This document shows, in pieces, positions 1 through 9,924 of a stretch of 64,000 nt of DNA. The number at the start of each line of letters is the position of its first letter. The stretch's first letter is position 1. Made by a program: the position numbers and the translations under genes. Source of the DNA: an uncultured delta proteobacterium (GTDB taxonomy: Bacteria; Desulfobacterota; Desulfobaccia; Desulfobaccales; 0-14-0-80-60-11); contig CAWETI010000002.1 of NCBI GenBank assembly GCA_963812015.1, positions 640,001 to 704,000 on the forward strand, read 5' to 3'. The notes beneath the pieces were generated by a model. It saw only the letters and a program-made list of their open reading frames with translations, was not told where the DNA came from and did not search any database.

Positions 1-949
1 GCAAATGCCTGGCCACCGCCCCGGCAAAGAAGCGCTCTTCATCTGGGATCAACCGATCGAACACTGCCGTCTGGCAGTGCAGGTCGAAGCGGGGTGACCG
101 TTCAATCAGCAGTTCCCGGGCCACAGCCGTCACCAGAGGAGAATCCAGCCCGCCGCTGAGATATACCCCTACCCTGTCGGTGCGTAAGCGGTCCGCAACC
201 GCCTCCCGCAGCAACTCCTGGAACCGGTCCACATAGTCCCGCTGGCGCCGGTAGTGCACGGGGCCTTCCTGAGGCAGGCGCCAGTAGCGCTGCACCTTTA
301 CGGCGCCCCCTGCCTCCCAGGTCTGGGAGTGGGCCGCGGGCAGGCGCCGGATGTCGACAAAGCTCGTGGTAGCCGGGTCCTGGTTGAATTCAAAGAGGAG
401 GAAATCGGCGATGACCAGGTCATTGAGCCGGTCGGAAACGTCCGGGTGCTGCCGGATGCAGTTCAGGGTATTGCTGAAAACCAGGCTACGGCCCGTTTCG
501 GCATAATAGAAGGGCTTGACACCGAAATGATCCCGGGCGCAGAACAGCCGCCGGTGGCGTCCATCCCAGAGGGCGAAGGCAAAATCTCCGATCAGATGTT
601 GGAGACAGTCGTCCCCCCAGACCTGGTAGGCATGAAGGATCAATTCGACATCGGGGGAATTTTTGGGAACGGCGCAGCCCCGGGCGGCAAGCTGTTTGAC
701 GAGATCGGCGCGGCCGTCGATACGGGCGTCCGCGGTGATCCACACCTGGCCGTCCAGGGTCAAGGGCTGACAATCCGGCCGGGTGTCATCCACCGTGCGC
801 AGCAGGGCATGCCCGAGGCCTACTGTGCCCTGGCTCCAGGTCTCCTGGGCATCGGGGCCGCGGAAGGCCAGGAATTCCGTCAGGCGCCCCAGCAACTCCC
901 GATCCACCGGTTGCCCGTCCAGATTGATGAGGCCCACGATGCCGCTCAT
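1..949 (-). CDS. Asparagine synthetase-like lasso peptide cyclase (C protein), partial, runs off the left edge
   Basis: Manual minus-strand translation from ATG at 949 gives MSGIVGLINLDGQPVDRELLGRLTEFLAFRGPD..., and near 140-170 GVYLSGGLDS (PP-loop). Ser replaces the catalytic Cys2 of true AsnB. ATGA overlap with the upstream gene. Not in the ORF track. Confidence 0.88.
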   Translation of the reverse strand, partial: MSGIVGLINLDGQPVDRELLGRLTEFLAFRGPDAQETWSQGTVGLGHALLRTVDDTRPDCQPLTLDGQVWITADARIDGRADLVKQLAARGCAVPKNSPDVELILHAYQVWGDDCLQHLIGDFAFALWDGRHRRLFCARDHFGVKPFYYAETGRSLVFSNTLNCIRQHPDVSDRLNDLVIADFLLFEFNQDPATTSFVDIRRLPAAHSQTWEAGGAVKVQRYWRLPQEGPVHYRRQRDYVDRFQELLREAVADRLRTDRVGVYLSGGLDSPLVTAVARELLIERSPRFDLHCQTAVFDRLIPDEERFFAGAVARHL

Positions 950-2538
950 TTTGTGCCCTTTATCGCCCGGTATTTAGCTTTAAAAGCGAGACGTATGTGA
1001 TACCAGGCCCGCTGAACTGCGTTCCCGATATCCCGAGGGATCATCTTAATGGCGGCCCAGACTTCCTGTCTAACCTCGGCCCCTTGCCGCTTTTTCAAGA
1101 AGAGCCGGGCCAAGCGGCTGCGGACCACACAGCCGTCATCACCGGCAGCGATACCCATACGCAGCGATATTATAGCAGTATCAATCTGTCCTTGTGCAGC
1201 ATAAAGCCTACCTAAAATCGTATGTATCCGGAAATGATCGGGGTCCATGAGGAGGGCGCGGTCATTGTGGGAAAAGATGGGAGCCCCTATGGGCAGATAG
1301 CCCCGCAGGCTCAAGTGCAGCGATCTTTCGTACGCCTCAATAGCCTCAGGACCTCGACCTCGCTTCGACAGAACCTTTCCCAAGGTGCGCCAGGCATCCA
1401 CCAGATGGTCGTCAAGTTCCAAGGACTTGCGCAGCCAGGCCTCTGCCTCCTGCCACCGCGTGAAACGGGTCGCCAGTTGTCCCAGGCCGAAATGGGCGTA
1501 AGCGTCTTCCGGATTCAAAGTTAGGGTGCGCCGGTGCTCCTGCTCGGCCTCTGGGTAGCGCCGGTCCCAGTAATACCAGAACCCGCCGCTGCCATAAGCG
1601 GTGCCGTAAGCAGGGTCAAGTTCCCGAGCCCGCCGGTGGCACTCCCGGGCGTCGGTTGGTCTCCCCATATCGGCGTAAGCGCCTGCCAGGAGGAATTCGA
1701 GGGCAGGATTGTCCGGGAGAAACTCTCTGGCCTGAAGATAGGTTTGCACAGCCTGGGGCAGGTTCCCCCCAGTCTTGGCTCGGGCTCCCTCCCGCAGCAG
1801 GGTCATCCCTCGCAGAAATGGCTCGTGATCTCGAACCCCATCCAGGCGCCGGGCCAATTCATCGCCCAGATATTTCCACTGCAATGGGGTAAAGCCTCCT
1901 TCCACCGAATAGGCGATGGTCACCAGTTCGGCCTGGATGCCCATGTCCTTGAGGCCGGTCGCCAAAGCGTCGGGCCAGCACCAGGGAAGTCCCCGATGTT
2001 GGTCGCTGGAGTGGCAGGCCTTGGGAATCACCATATAATCCACGTCGATATCTAATAGGACCTTTTCGGTTATCAGGGGCAGGCCCTGCAACGTGCACAC
2101 CCGCAAGGGCCTCCCCAAAATTGCGCCGGCAATCAGATCTCTTTCCGCCTTGAGGGGATGCGGCTTGCCGGGATATTTTGCCAAAATTTTTTGCAAACTC
2201 CGTACCAAAGGCTTGCGGCTTCCGGCATCCCCCAAGGTCCGATCAGGGACCACCCAAAAGATTTCTCTGACCATGCCTTCCTTCAAGGCCTGGCAGATAA
2301 AGTTGCCAATATTGAGGGAAGACCGGTCTGCGCACCAGCTCAGGTCATCATGGGCGTCCACGTGGACCAGAATTTTCTCACGGACTCCGGCATCCTTCCA
2401 AACAAAATAGGCCTGGTCATGGTTTTCCATGAGATGGACACGCTTCAGAAAGGGTTCTACCTGGCTTAAGGCTGACTTTTGCATATCTTTACTGGTCTGC
2501 TGCCCCGATAATTGTGGCTGCATAATGACCGGCCCCAA
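946..2538 (-). CDS. UPF0489/arginase-deacetylase-fold (peptide arginase-like) protein with C-terminal TPR repeats
   Basis: HVDAHDD, LLDIDVDY and YSVEGGFTP motifs, then multiple TPR-like helical repeats. Start uncertain (2538, 2523 or 2484). Confidence 0.7.
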   Translation of the reverse strand: MGPVIMQPQLSGQQTSKDMQKSALSQVEPFLKRVHLMENHDQAYFVWKDAGVREKILVHVDAHDDLSWCADRSSLNIGNFICQALKEGMVREIFWVVPDRTLGDAGSRKPLVRSLQKILAKYPGKPHPLKAERDLIAGAILGRPLRVCTLQGLPLITEKVLLDIDVDYMVIPKACHSSDQHRGLPWCWPDALATGLKDMGIQAELVTIAYSVEGGFTPLQWKYLGDELARRLDGVRDHEPFLRGMTLLREGARAKTGGNLPQAVQTYLQAREFLPDNPALEFLLAGAYADMGRPTDARECHRRARELDPAYGTAYGSGGFWYYWDRRYPEAEQEHRRTLTLNPEDAYAHFGLGQLATRFTRWQEAEAWLRKSLELDDHLVDAWRTLGKVLSKRGRGPEAIEAYERSLHLSLRGYLPIGAPIFSHNDRALLMDPDHFRIHTILGRLYAAQGQIDTAIISLRMGIAAGDDGCVVRSRLARLFLKKRQGAEVRQEVWAAIKMIPRDIGNAVQRAWYHIRLAFKAKYRAIKGTK

Positions 2539-2584
2539 GTAATTGGCAAAGCTCCGGCGACTGTCAAGCCTCCAAAGGGCGAAC

Positions 2585-3061
2585 TTAAGGAGCCGCCGGG
2601 GGGATTATTTCCCGAGGGAAAGGGGGAAACCGCCCGGCCACGTTCGCACCGTCATTCAGCGGCTGGCCCTGGAACTCCACCCAGGCGTGGGCTTCCAGGC
2701 GGCTCGGCTCAGGCTTAACGCCGATGCGCAGCTCTCCGGCAAGCCCCTGGCGGCGCAACAGCCACCAGAGGACCAGGGATCGGGGGAGACAGGTGGGCCG
2801 AAAGAGGCCGTAACGGGCTGCAACCTGCACCAGGCGGGCGGTGGCCCGAGCCTGATCCAAGTCCGACTTTAGGGCAGACAGGTGCGGGGCCAGGGCCTCT
2901 CCCTGGTTCAACCTGGCCTGGAGCCGGCAGAGTCCCCAGCAGCGCAGTCCTAAGGCCACCAGGGGGAGCGCCAGGGAAGCCTGGACCAACAACCACCGCT
3001 CGGCCCCGGAAAGCTGCCATGCTTTCTTTAGATTAATTTTCGTGGAGTTCCAGTAATCCAC
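2585..3061 (-). CDS. Lasso peptide biosynthesis B2 protein (transglutaminase-like leader peptidase)
   Basis: CLPRSLVL...LRIGV...AHAWVE Cys/His motifs. Start uncertain (GTG 3061; ACG at 3043). Confidence 0.9.
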   Translation of the reverse strand: MDYWNSTKINLKKAWQLSGAERWLLVQASLALPLVALGLRCWGLCRLQARLNQGEALAPHLSALKSDLDQARATARLVQVAARYGLFRPTCLPRSLVLWWLLRRQGLAGELRIGVKPEPSRLEAHAWVEFQGQPLNDGANVAGRFPPFPREIIPPAAP

Positions 3062-3317
3062 GCTGCACCATCTTGGACACAAAATCATCTAGGTCTTGCC
3101 GCAGCAAAGGTGGGTCAACCTCATAGTCTGCCAGCAACTTCTGGTAGGCCGCCTCGATATTCTCGCTGGAGGTCAGAGCCTGGCACATGCGCGTCCCCAC
3201 GCCATCCAGACCGTGGTAGCATTCGGTGTCGAGATTGAGGAGCACAGATTCGTTTTCGAAGGTGCGCATTAAAACATTCACGGGGAAGGTAACCCGCATG
3301 CTCATGGAAAAAGGCAT
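3033..3317 (-). CDS. PqqD family RiPP recognition element (lasso B1)
   Basis: 94 aa, ESVLLNLDTECYHGLDGVGTRM...LLADYEVD...DLDDFVSKMVQRGLL, adjacent to B2. Confidence 0.9.
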   Translation of the reverse strand: MPFSMSMRVTFPVNVLMRTFENESVLLNLDTECYHGLDGVGTRMCQALTSSENIEAAYQKLLADYEVDPPLLRQDLDDFVSKMVQRGLLELHEN

Positions 3318-3534
3318 GGTGTCAATTCCTTATATATATTATGCTTGATGTATAATTGCTGTTTTTTAAATTTTTCCCCTTTTCTCCAAAAAGGCTATCT
3401 AAAATATTGCCTTAGGTCAGGGCGTTAATTATATTATCTAAGTATTTAATATTGCTTGATTTTAATAATAAATTTGGGATATTCAAACAAGTTTTTTATA
3501 ATGCTTTATACTACAGATTTAAGGCCACCTCAAC

Positions 3535-4683
3535 ATGTTTCTACCCATGGGCAGTCTCCCAGAGTCTTGGCTGGCGGCATTTACTCTTCTCCGCCCCTTG
3601 TTGCCAGTGATAGAGGAGAGGGATCCTCCGGGGGGGGTAACCACCCTGCGGACTCTGGATGCCACGTGGGTAGAACATTGGCGTGCCTTGCAACTCACCC
3701 CGTTGCTGTACCGCGAACTGGCGCGCCGAGGCTGGGATGCGCAGATTGCGCCCCCATGGTGGTCCACCCTCCGGGATGGCTACGTCCTGGCCTTACAGTC
3801 TGCCTTCCAAGAAGAAGAAGAGATCAAGGAACTCCTGCGAGCCCTAACCAAAGCGGGGGTCACCCCGATTCTTCTTAAAGGCGCCGATCTGCGCCTGCGA
3901 GTTTACGGCGACCCTGCTGTTCGGCCCATGGCTGACCTGGATATCCTGGTGTCGCCGAGCCAAGTCGACCGGGCTCGGGGGGTGCTCGAATCCATGGAGT
4001 TCAGGCTGCAGGCCCAGTGCTTTGATCCACGTCCCGGCTGGCGGGCTCGCTTTCGCAACGAACTTCACTTCGCTCCCCCCCCGGGTTGGCCTCTCCTGAT
4101 CGACCTGCACTGGCAATTATATTATATCTTCCGCTTTTATCACTTGCCTTATACCCGCTTGCAGGAAAAAGCCATCACTTCTGAGTACCAGGGATACCTC
4201 GTAAAGCTACTTTGCCCAGAACACCTAGTGATCCACCTTGCCCTCCACACCTACGCCGAACCCGACAGCGTCCTAAAAATCATTGATCTAGAAGGGGCAC
4301 TTTCCCTTCCCCTAGACTGGCCCTTTTTCCTGGAAGAAGTTGCTCGTTTCAACTGCCAGAGGCCTCTGTATATTATCCTCCTGGGGATATCCCGGCTTTT
4401 TCCCCAAAAAGTGCCTCCCTTTATCCTTGATCACCTGGGCCAATCCCGGCCCGCGTGGGTTGAAAAACTGGTCCTCCGAGAGTCCCTGGGCTACCTGACT
4501 GTTCATGCCGCCACCCTGTACCACCATAGGCGACTCTCAGACTGGTTTTTTTACCTGAAGGCTTTAACCTGGCCGCAAGAAGAATACCTGACAGCAATGT
4601 ATGGAATGCCTGACCGCATTCGTTTTTTTCAACAAATCCTGGCCCACCTGTTTTCCTACGCCAAAAACTGGGGGCCGCATTAA
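3535..4683 (+). CDS. Nucleotidyltransferase family protein (NTP_transf_5-like, lasso-cluster associated)
   Basis: PILLKGADL...RPMADLDILV and IDLHW motifs. Divergent from B1. Confidence 0.85.
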   Translation: MFLPMGSLPESWLAAFTLLRPLLPVIEERDPPGGVTTLRTLDATWVEHWRALQLTPLLYRELARRGWDAQIAPPWWSTLRDGYVLALQSAFQEEEEIKELLRALTKAGVTPILLKGADLRLRVYGDPAVRPMADLDILVSPSQVDRARGVLESMEFRLQAQCFDPRPGWRARFRNELHFAPPPGWPLLIDLHWQLYYIFRFYHLPYTRLQEKAITSEYQGYLVKLLCPEHLVIHLALHTYAEPDSVLKIIDLEGALSLPLDWPFFLEEVARFNCQRPLYIILLGISRLFPQKVPPFILDHLGQSRPAWVEKLVLRESLGYLTVHAATLYHHRRLSDWFFYLKALTWPQEEYLTAMYGMPDRIRFFQQILAHLFSYAKNWGPH

Positions 4684-5042
4684 ATTCTTTCTTCTTAATT
4701 TCTCGTACGCTCAGATAGTAATGGCCATTACAGTCTGGTGTGGATTTTTTTAGTGTGGCAAGGGCTTGGGGCAGGTCATTTGGACTACTTAGCGAGGCCG
4801 TCGAAAAACCTCTTTGAATCTATTGTGATTTACTTTTGAGAGAGTTTTTAGGCGAAAAATCCCTACGACCTTTCTGATCTCTATCTTCTCTTATCATCGG
4901 TGGCTTCCCTGAGTCTCACCTGCCCCCAGCCTACACATATGCAAGCCCATAGTTCAGGACCTTTGCTATATTATGAACCAGGCAGTACAAGCAGCCAGTG
5001 GATATTCACCTTGATCTTACCTCTTAACGTGAACCGGTCTAA

Positions 5043-5640
5043 CAGGATGTTGAAAAACTCGTTTGTTAAGAACCCCAAAGAATCGCTGTCTATAAAACCA
5101 TAAAGCTTTTATAGTTAATGATAACAAAAGGTTATCTGGAGGCAGCGATTATGCGCGGTGACGATATGCAGCAGCAAGCCATGTTCAGCTACCTTTCCCC
5201 TGAAGCTCGAGTGCCCCAGGATCATCCCCTCAGACCCATCCGGAACATGGTGAATCAAGCTTTGGCTGAGCTGGCCGGGGAGTTCCAGGCCATGTATTCC
5301 CGGGAGGGTCGCCCTTCCATCGCCCCGGAGAAGCTGCTGCGCGCCTTATTGCTCCAGGTCCTTTACACCATTCGCAGCGAACGGCTCTTGATGGAGCAGT
5401 TGGATTAAAATCTCCTGTTTCGCTGGTTCGTTGGCCTGTCCATGGACGACAATGTCTGGGACCATTCCGTCTTCTCTAAGAATCGGGAGCGCTTTCTCCG
5501 TTCGGACCTGGCCGCGGCCTTTTTCGGACGCATCCACGAGCAGGCGGCCCAGGCCGGACTGTTGTCGGACGAGCATTTCACCGTGGACGGCACCCTCATT
5601 GAGGCCTGGGCTTCCCTGAAGAGTTTCCGGCCCAAAGACA
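5043..5640 (+). mobile_element. Truncated IS5/IS1182-like insertion sequence (left end plus transposase N-terminus)
   Basis: CAGGATGTTGAAAAA terminal IR-like sequence at 5043 preceded by CTAA. Transposase similarity ends near SFRPKD at about 5640. Confidence 0.7.
5151..5640 (+). pseudogene. IS5-family transposase pseudogene
   Basis: MRGDDMQQQAMFSYLSPEARVPQDHPLRPIR...EQLD*NLLFRWFVGL...HFTVDGTLIEAWAS. In-frame TAA at 5406-5408 and 3' truncation. Confidence 0.85.
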
Positions 5641-5841
5641 CTCTGATTTTGGGCATACCTCACCCGTCAAGAAGGTGCAGAACGAACGGGAGGGAGATAT
5701 TAACCGGGGCTGGCCCGCAGGCCCGGCCGAGGGCCGAAGCATCTCTATAAGAGTTAATCAGTTCCCATATTTCTGCCATTCTATCAATCCTTGGCACCTG
5801 ACCTGAGTCCCTGGCAGGGATATTATCAACTCCTTTCATTA

Positions 5842-7971
5842 TCAGTTAAATTTAGGATTTAATTTCTGATAACCTTTTTCCAATTCTTGATTCATGAGCT
5901 GGATTTGATTGGTTTTTTGATAACATCGGCAGAGAGAAATATTGATCTTCTCGTCTTCCGGGCTGATTTTTTCGGCTTTTTTCAGTTCAGGGATGGCCCG
6001 CAAATATTCATGGGTCTTTTCGAAGCTCATTCCTAATATCGCATGGACATTGATATCATCTTCCTGACAATTCAGTTCCAAGGACTTATAGACCGCCTTG
6101 ATGGCTTGCCGGTAGTGTTTCTTTTCGAATTGATACCTGGCCATGAAGAGATGAAAGCGGCCGTCATGGGGAACTTTCTTTAAGGCTTTCCGAATAATAG
6201 CCAGGGCCTGACGGCTCTTTTTCTTTTCTTCATAATAGGAAACCAATCCCCTCATTTCTTCTTGACCATCTTTATCTAATAGATAATTACCCAAAACTAA
6301 TATATCCATTTCCGTGCTTAAAAAAACCTCGATCGCGTCAGCAGGTGTTTCGACAATCGGCATCCCACGGATATTAAATGAAGTATTTAAAATGACAGGC
6401 ACACCGGTTATTTGATAGAATTCATTTATCAAATCATAATAAAGTTCATCATCAGCTCTGGTTACGGTCTGCACCCTGGCGGTGCCGTCTACATGAATAA
6501 CCGCAGGTATCTCTTTGCCTTTATCCTCTTTTGTGGTCGCCACCAGCAACATAAAAGGGCTGGGGCAAGAAAGATCAAAGAATTCGGTGGCACATTCCAA
6601 AAGGATGCTGGGGGCATAGGGGCGAAAACTCTCCCGGTGCTTCACCTTTTTGGTTACCGACTCTTTTATCCCGGTCTGCCTGGGGTCGGCCAGAATGCTT
6701 CGGTGACCTAATGCCCTGGGGCCGAATTCAGCACCTCCTTGAAACCAGCCAACGATCTTGCCGGCCGCAATATACTGAGCGGTTCTGCTGAGGAGTTCGT
6801 TTCTGGTCAAAGGGTTTTTTACTATCTTATGCTTGCGCAAAGCGGCCCGAATCTCTCCTTTCTTGTATTTTCTCCCAAGATAAACATTTTTCAGAGGAAA
6901 TCTACTCTTTCCATCGGCTAATTTATGCCAGCCGTATAAGGCGCAACCGATGGCTATCCCATCATCCGTTGCGGCCGGCTGAATAAAAATATTTTTAAAT
7001 GGAGTACTATCCAATATCTTCTTATTCGCAACCGAATTCAGGCCGGCACCTCCGGCTATACAAAGATTCTCTGATCCCGTCATTTCAAACAGCCTATTCG
7101 CCAGGCAAATCATGCCTTTTTCCAGTTCTTCCTGTGCTTTGTAGGCCAGATTTTTGTAAAATTGAGTAAAGTTATCGTTTTTCGGCTTTACGATTGGCAC
7201 CAAGTAGCCTTTGTTGGGCTTGGCAATTTTGAGGTCTAACGCCAGCTGGGCAAATCGGCTATTTTCTATATGGTGATCAGTAATTTCAATGATATCCGGC
7301 CAATCTTTCACAGGTTTGCCGTAGGCGGCCAGTCCCATAGTTTTGCCCGCCTCGGTAACAATAATGCCCGATGACGGATGGTATTTTTCCATTGAAAAAC
7401 CTAATACAATAGAGATGAAATTATATATATAAGCTAGCGAATAATAGGCTTTCATTTGAGGATTTTTGGCCGACCATAACTTCTGATAATTTTTTAGTAT
7501 CTGTTCTATGTTACTGCCTTTGGCGTAGAAACCGCTTTCCGCCTCTGTCCCATTCGATGTTTCACTACCGAATACGTCAGCAACTAGCACCGCACTTTCA
7601 CGAAAAGGAGAGCAAAAATAAGAACTATAGGCATGGGCCAGATGATGTGACGGGTGGGGCAGGCATTTAATTTTAGATTTATCTTTAATCGGTAAGAGAG
7701 ATTTAAGGCTCTCTAAATTGACAGGTTCAACGGCATTATCAGCTACGATTAAATCCACATCATCCAGACCGATATTTGCCGAGTTCAGGCAGTAGGTTAT
7801 GGAGCGCATGGGGGGTATTCTGCTATTCTGGTCTTTCTTGCGTACCTGAAAATATAAGGTTGAGTTCTTGACTCCATCCAGCCGCTCTTCAGCAATGGCA
7901 AATAAGATCCTGCCGTCCTTGAGCAGGCAGGCGCTCCGATCATGACTTAGATTTATTCCTAGGATATGCAT
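5842..7971 (-). CDS. Carbamoyltransferase (NodU/CmcH family) with C-terminal TPR repeats
   Basis: ILGINLSHDRSACL, IAEER, HHLAHAYS, GKTMGLAAYG, AGGAGLNSVAN, EFGPRALGHRSIL, HVDGTARVQTV, LNTSFN. Helical TPR-like tail. ATG at 7971. Confidence 0.92.
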   Translation of the reverse strand: MHILGINLSHDRSACLLKDGRILFAIAEERLDGVKNSTLYFQVRKKDQNSRIPPMRSITYCLNSANIGLDDVDLIVADNAVEPVNLESLKSLLPIKDKSKIKCLPHPSHHLAHAYSSYFCSPFRESAVLVADVFGSETSNGTEAESGFYAKGSNIEQILKNYQKLWSAKNPQMKAYYSLAYIYNFISIVLGFSMEKYHPSSGIIVTEAGKTMGLAAYGKPVKDWPDIIEITDHHIENSRFAQLALDLKIAKPNKGYLVPIVKPKNDNFTQFYKNLAYKAQEELEKGMICLANRLFEMTGSENLCIAGGAGLNSVANKKILDSTPFKNIFIQPAATDDGIAIGCALYGWHKLADGKSRFPLKNVYLGRKYKKGEIRAALRKHKIVKNPLTRNELLSRTAQYIAAGKIVGWFQGGAEFGPRALGHRSILADPRQTGIKESVTKKVKHRESFRPYAPSILLECATEFFDLSCPSPFMLLVATTKEDKGKEIPAVIHVDGTARVQTVTRADDELYYDLINEFYQITGVPVILNTSFNIRGMPIVETPADAIEVFLSTEMDILVLGNYLLDKDGQEEMRGLVSYYEEKKKSRQALAIIRKALKKVPHDGRFHLFMARYQFEKKHYRQAIKAVYKSLELNCQEDDINVHAILGMSFEKTHEYLRAIPELKKAEKISPEDEKINISLCRCYQKTNQIQLMNQELEKGYQKLNPKFN

Positions 7972-8113
7972 ACTTTTCCTTTTTCGATGCCTTAATCCGA
8001 GATTATGCCGCATACATAGCTGTTTCTGTCTCAACGAGGTTTTGGAGCCTCTTTGGCCGAGCAAAATCTCCCAAACGGTCCTCTTCTCGAGGCCAATTCT
8101 TCTCAGAGGTGGG

Positions 8114-8143
8114 AAAATAGCACAAATTTGGGCGGAAAGTCAA
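8114..8143 (-). promoter_or_regulatory. Putative outward-facing sigma70 promoter inside the IS1380 right end
   Basis: TTGACT-18 nt-TATTTT with extended TGn, pointing at the carbamoyltransferase start. Confidence 0.5.
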
Positions 8144-8204
8144 TTTTCCCCAGATTTCGGGCATACTAATCCCTCGGCGACCAGATGCTAACTGGCTGGG
8201 AAGC

Positions 8205-9522
8205 CTAAGGACCCCAGGCCAGCACTGCCCGACAATAGTGTGCCAGAGGAAAGGCGGAGGCCACATGGACATACCATCTCCGGGCATGGTAAGAAAGCCT
8301 GGCGCCCACTTTGATTAATCGCTTGATCAGCCACTCCATGGACCGTTTCACTTCTTCACCCCAAACATTAGGACTGCCGGATCATATGCAGAAGGTTGTA
8401 GACCAGAACCCCCATCTGTAGCCTGGCCTGGTTGGCCTCGAACCCTTGGCAGCTGGTTTTGTCCCGCCGAAGAATGTTCTTCCCTTCCTTGATACGGTTT
8501 TCTATCTCGGCCCGGCCATTATAGACCTTGATCACCTTGCCGGCAGGTAGCCTGGAGTTGTTGATCACAAAGCCGATCCTGGGGAAAAGCTCGCCCCGGT
8601 GCCACTCGATCTTGGCCACTACCCGGCGAGGCCGGCTCCAACTCTTGGCCTGGTAGTGGAGGTCAACGATTTTGACCTGAATGCCGCTCTGGGGCGGTCG
8701 CCCGACCGGACGACCAAGATGAGGCGCCACCAACCTATCCAGGTTCTTATTTGACGGCAACCGAATGAAATATGTCATACGGTGTTCTTCGCAATACTCG
8801 TAGGCCTCCGGGTTGGCAAAGGCAGCATCGCTACGCAGCCAAAAGAGCCGGAACCAGGGGGGGTAACGCTCCACCAGGGGAGTAATAAATGGCAGAGTGC
8901 CGTCGGCGGAATGGACGTTCCCCGATCTCAGCTTTGCCATCAGACAAACGCCCTCGCTGGCAAAGCAAAAAAGCGGATGGAAACAGTTCTTGCCAAAGTG
9001 GCCATTGTAGGCGACGCCCTCCTGATTGCCATGCACCGGGTCCTCGGTGGAATCCAGGTCGATGATCAACCGCTTTTTGTTCTTCCTCCTTAACAAGGTA
9101 TCAGTGGACCGGGGCAGGGCGGCTTCCAAGACCTGAAGCCCAGCCTCGTTACCCAGGATGTCATTCTCCAACCGGGAGAGCATGGACTGGCTGGCTCCAG
9201 TCTCATGGCCCTTATCAAGAGTAAGCCTGAGGGCTGGATCGATGCGGAGAAAATCTGCATCGTTACAATCTTCATAGCCCGCAGCTATTTGGTAGACTCT
9301 TTGACGCACCATCTAAACCAATGAGTGTTTCGTATGAGTAGGTGATCTCAAATCTTCCAGATAATCTTTCATGGGGTCAATGATCATGAAACGTTCATCT
9401 ACCTCACGCAGTAGGATGAACCCAGTGTGGGAGGATATGGTGGCGCCCTGGAAATCTATCATGATGGCTCGGTTAAAATCCGGCCGGATCACCTCATTCC
9501 GGCTTTCACCACTATCGAGCAT
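8205..9522 (-). pseudogene. IS1380-family transposase pseudogene
   Basis: IDLDSTEDPVHGNQEG, LRSDAAF, YNGRAEIENRIKEGK. In-frame TAG at 9313-9315 and a frameshift near 8370, after which VWGEEVKRSMEWLIKRLIKVGAR...RRWYVHVASAFPL continues to TAG at 8205. Confidence 0.88.
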
Positions 9523-9675
9523 CTTTGCGACCCCCGATTTGCTAATATTTGCTGCTTATATCATATAGTTAGGTTGATTTCTATCAGTTTTTGCCGAATA
9601 ATCCAGGTTAAAACTATCTAAATTTCAGAGGGAGAGACTTTGGGAATTCTTAGAAAAGTCATAGCGGATTTATTG

Positions 9676-9924
9676 TCAAGGCTTTGATCTCTTTGCCCAT
9701 CTAGCCTGGACAGCTTTGCGGGCAATCTCGCTACGCTGTTCGGGAGTCAATTTTTCGGCTCGAGCTTTGCCGCCTTTTTTTCCCCCAAGGCGACCTAACG
9801 CCACAGCATGTGGGTTCTTGACCTTTTCTTCTTTATCAAGCTCGCCTTCCGGAATGGGGTCGGGTGCACCGGACCCCATATTATCTTGATCAGATGACCG
9901 ATTCTCCGTTCTTCGCCGAGGCAT
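9676..9924 (-). CDS. Small basic hypothetical protein
   Basis: NPHAVALGRLGGKKGGKARAEKLTPEQRSEIARKAVQARW, a recurrent small-protein motif often seen near mobile elements. Confidence 0.75.
   Translation of the reverse strand: MPRRRTENRSSDQDNMGSGAPDPIPEGELDKEEKVKNPHAVALGRLGGKKGGKARAEKLTPEQRSEIARKAVQARWAKRSKP

Larger units (their letters stand above)
7997..9607 (-). mobile_element. IS1380-family insertion sequence, full length but inactive
   Basis: Imperfect terminal IRs CCTGGATTATTCGGCA (9607 end) and CCGAGATTATGCCGCA (7997 end). Flanks TTAAT/TTAAA resemble a decayed target duplication. Contains a DDE transposase. Confidence 0.8.

Noticed and set aside
254..1000. 248-aa plus-strand ORF
   Set aside because: Antisense shadow of the minus-strand cyclase, which carries the real motifs.
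4794..4810. GAGGCCGTCGAAAAACC resembling an IS terminal repeat
   Set aside because: No partner repeat or transposase remnant could be tied to it.
8003..8287. Similar short ORFs at 8003-8287 and 28951-29136 as a conserved small protein
   Set aside because: The similarity is explained by DNA homology of IS1380 right ends.
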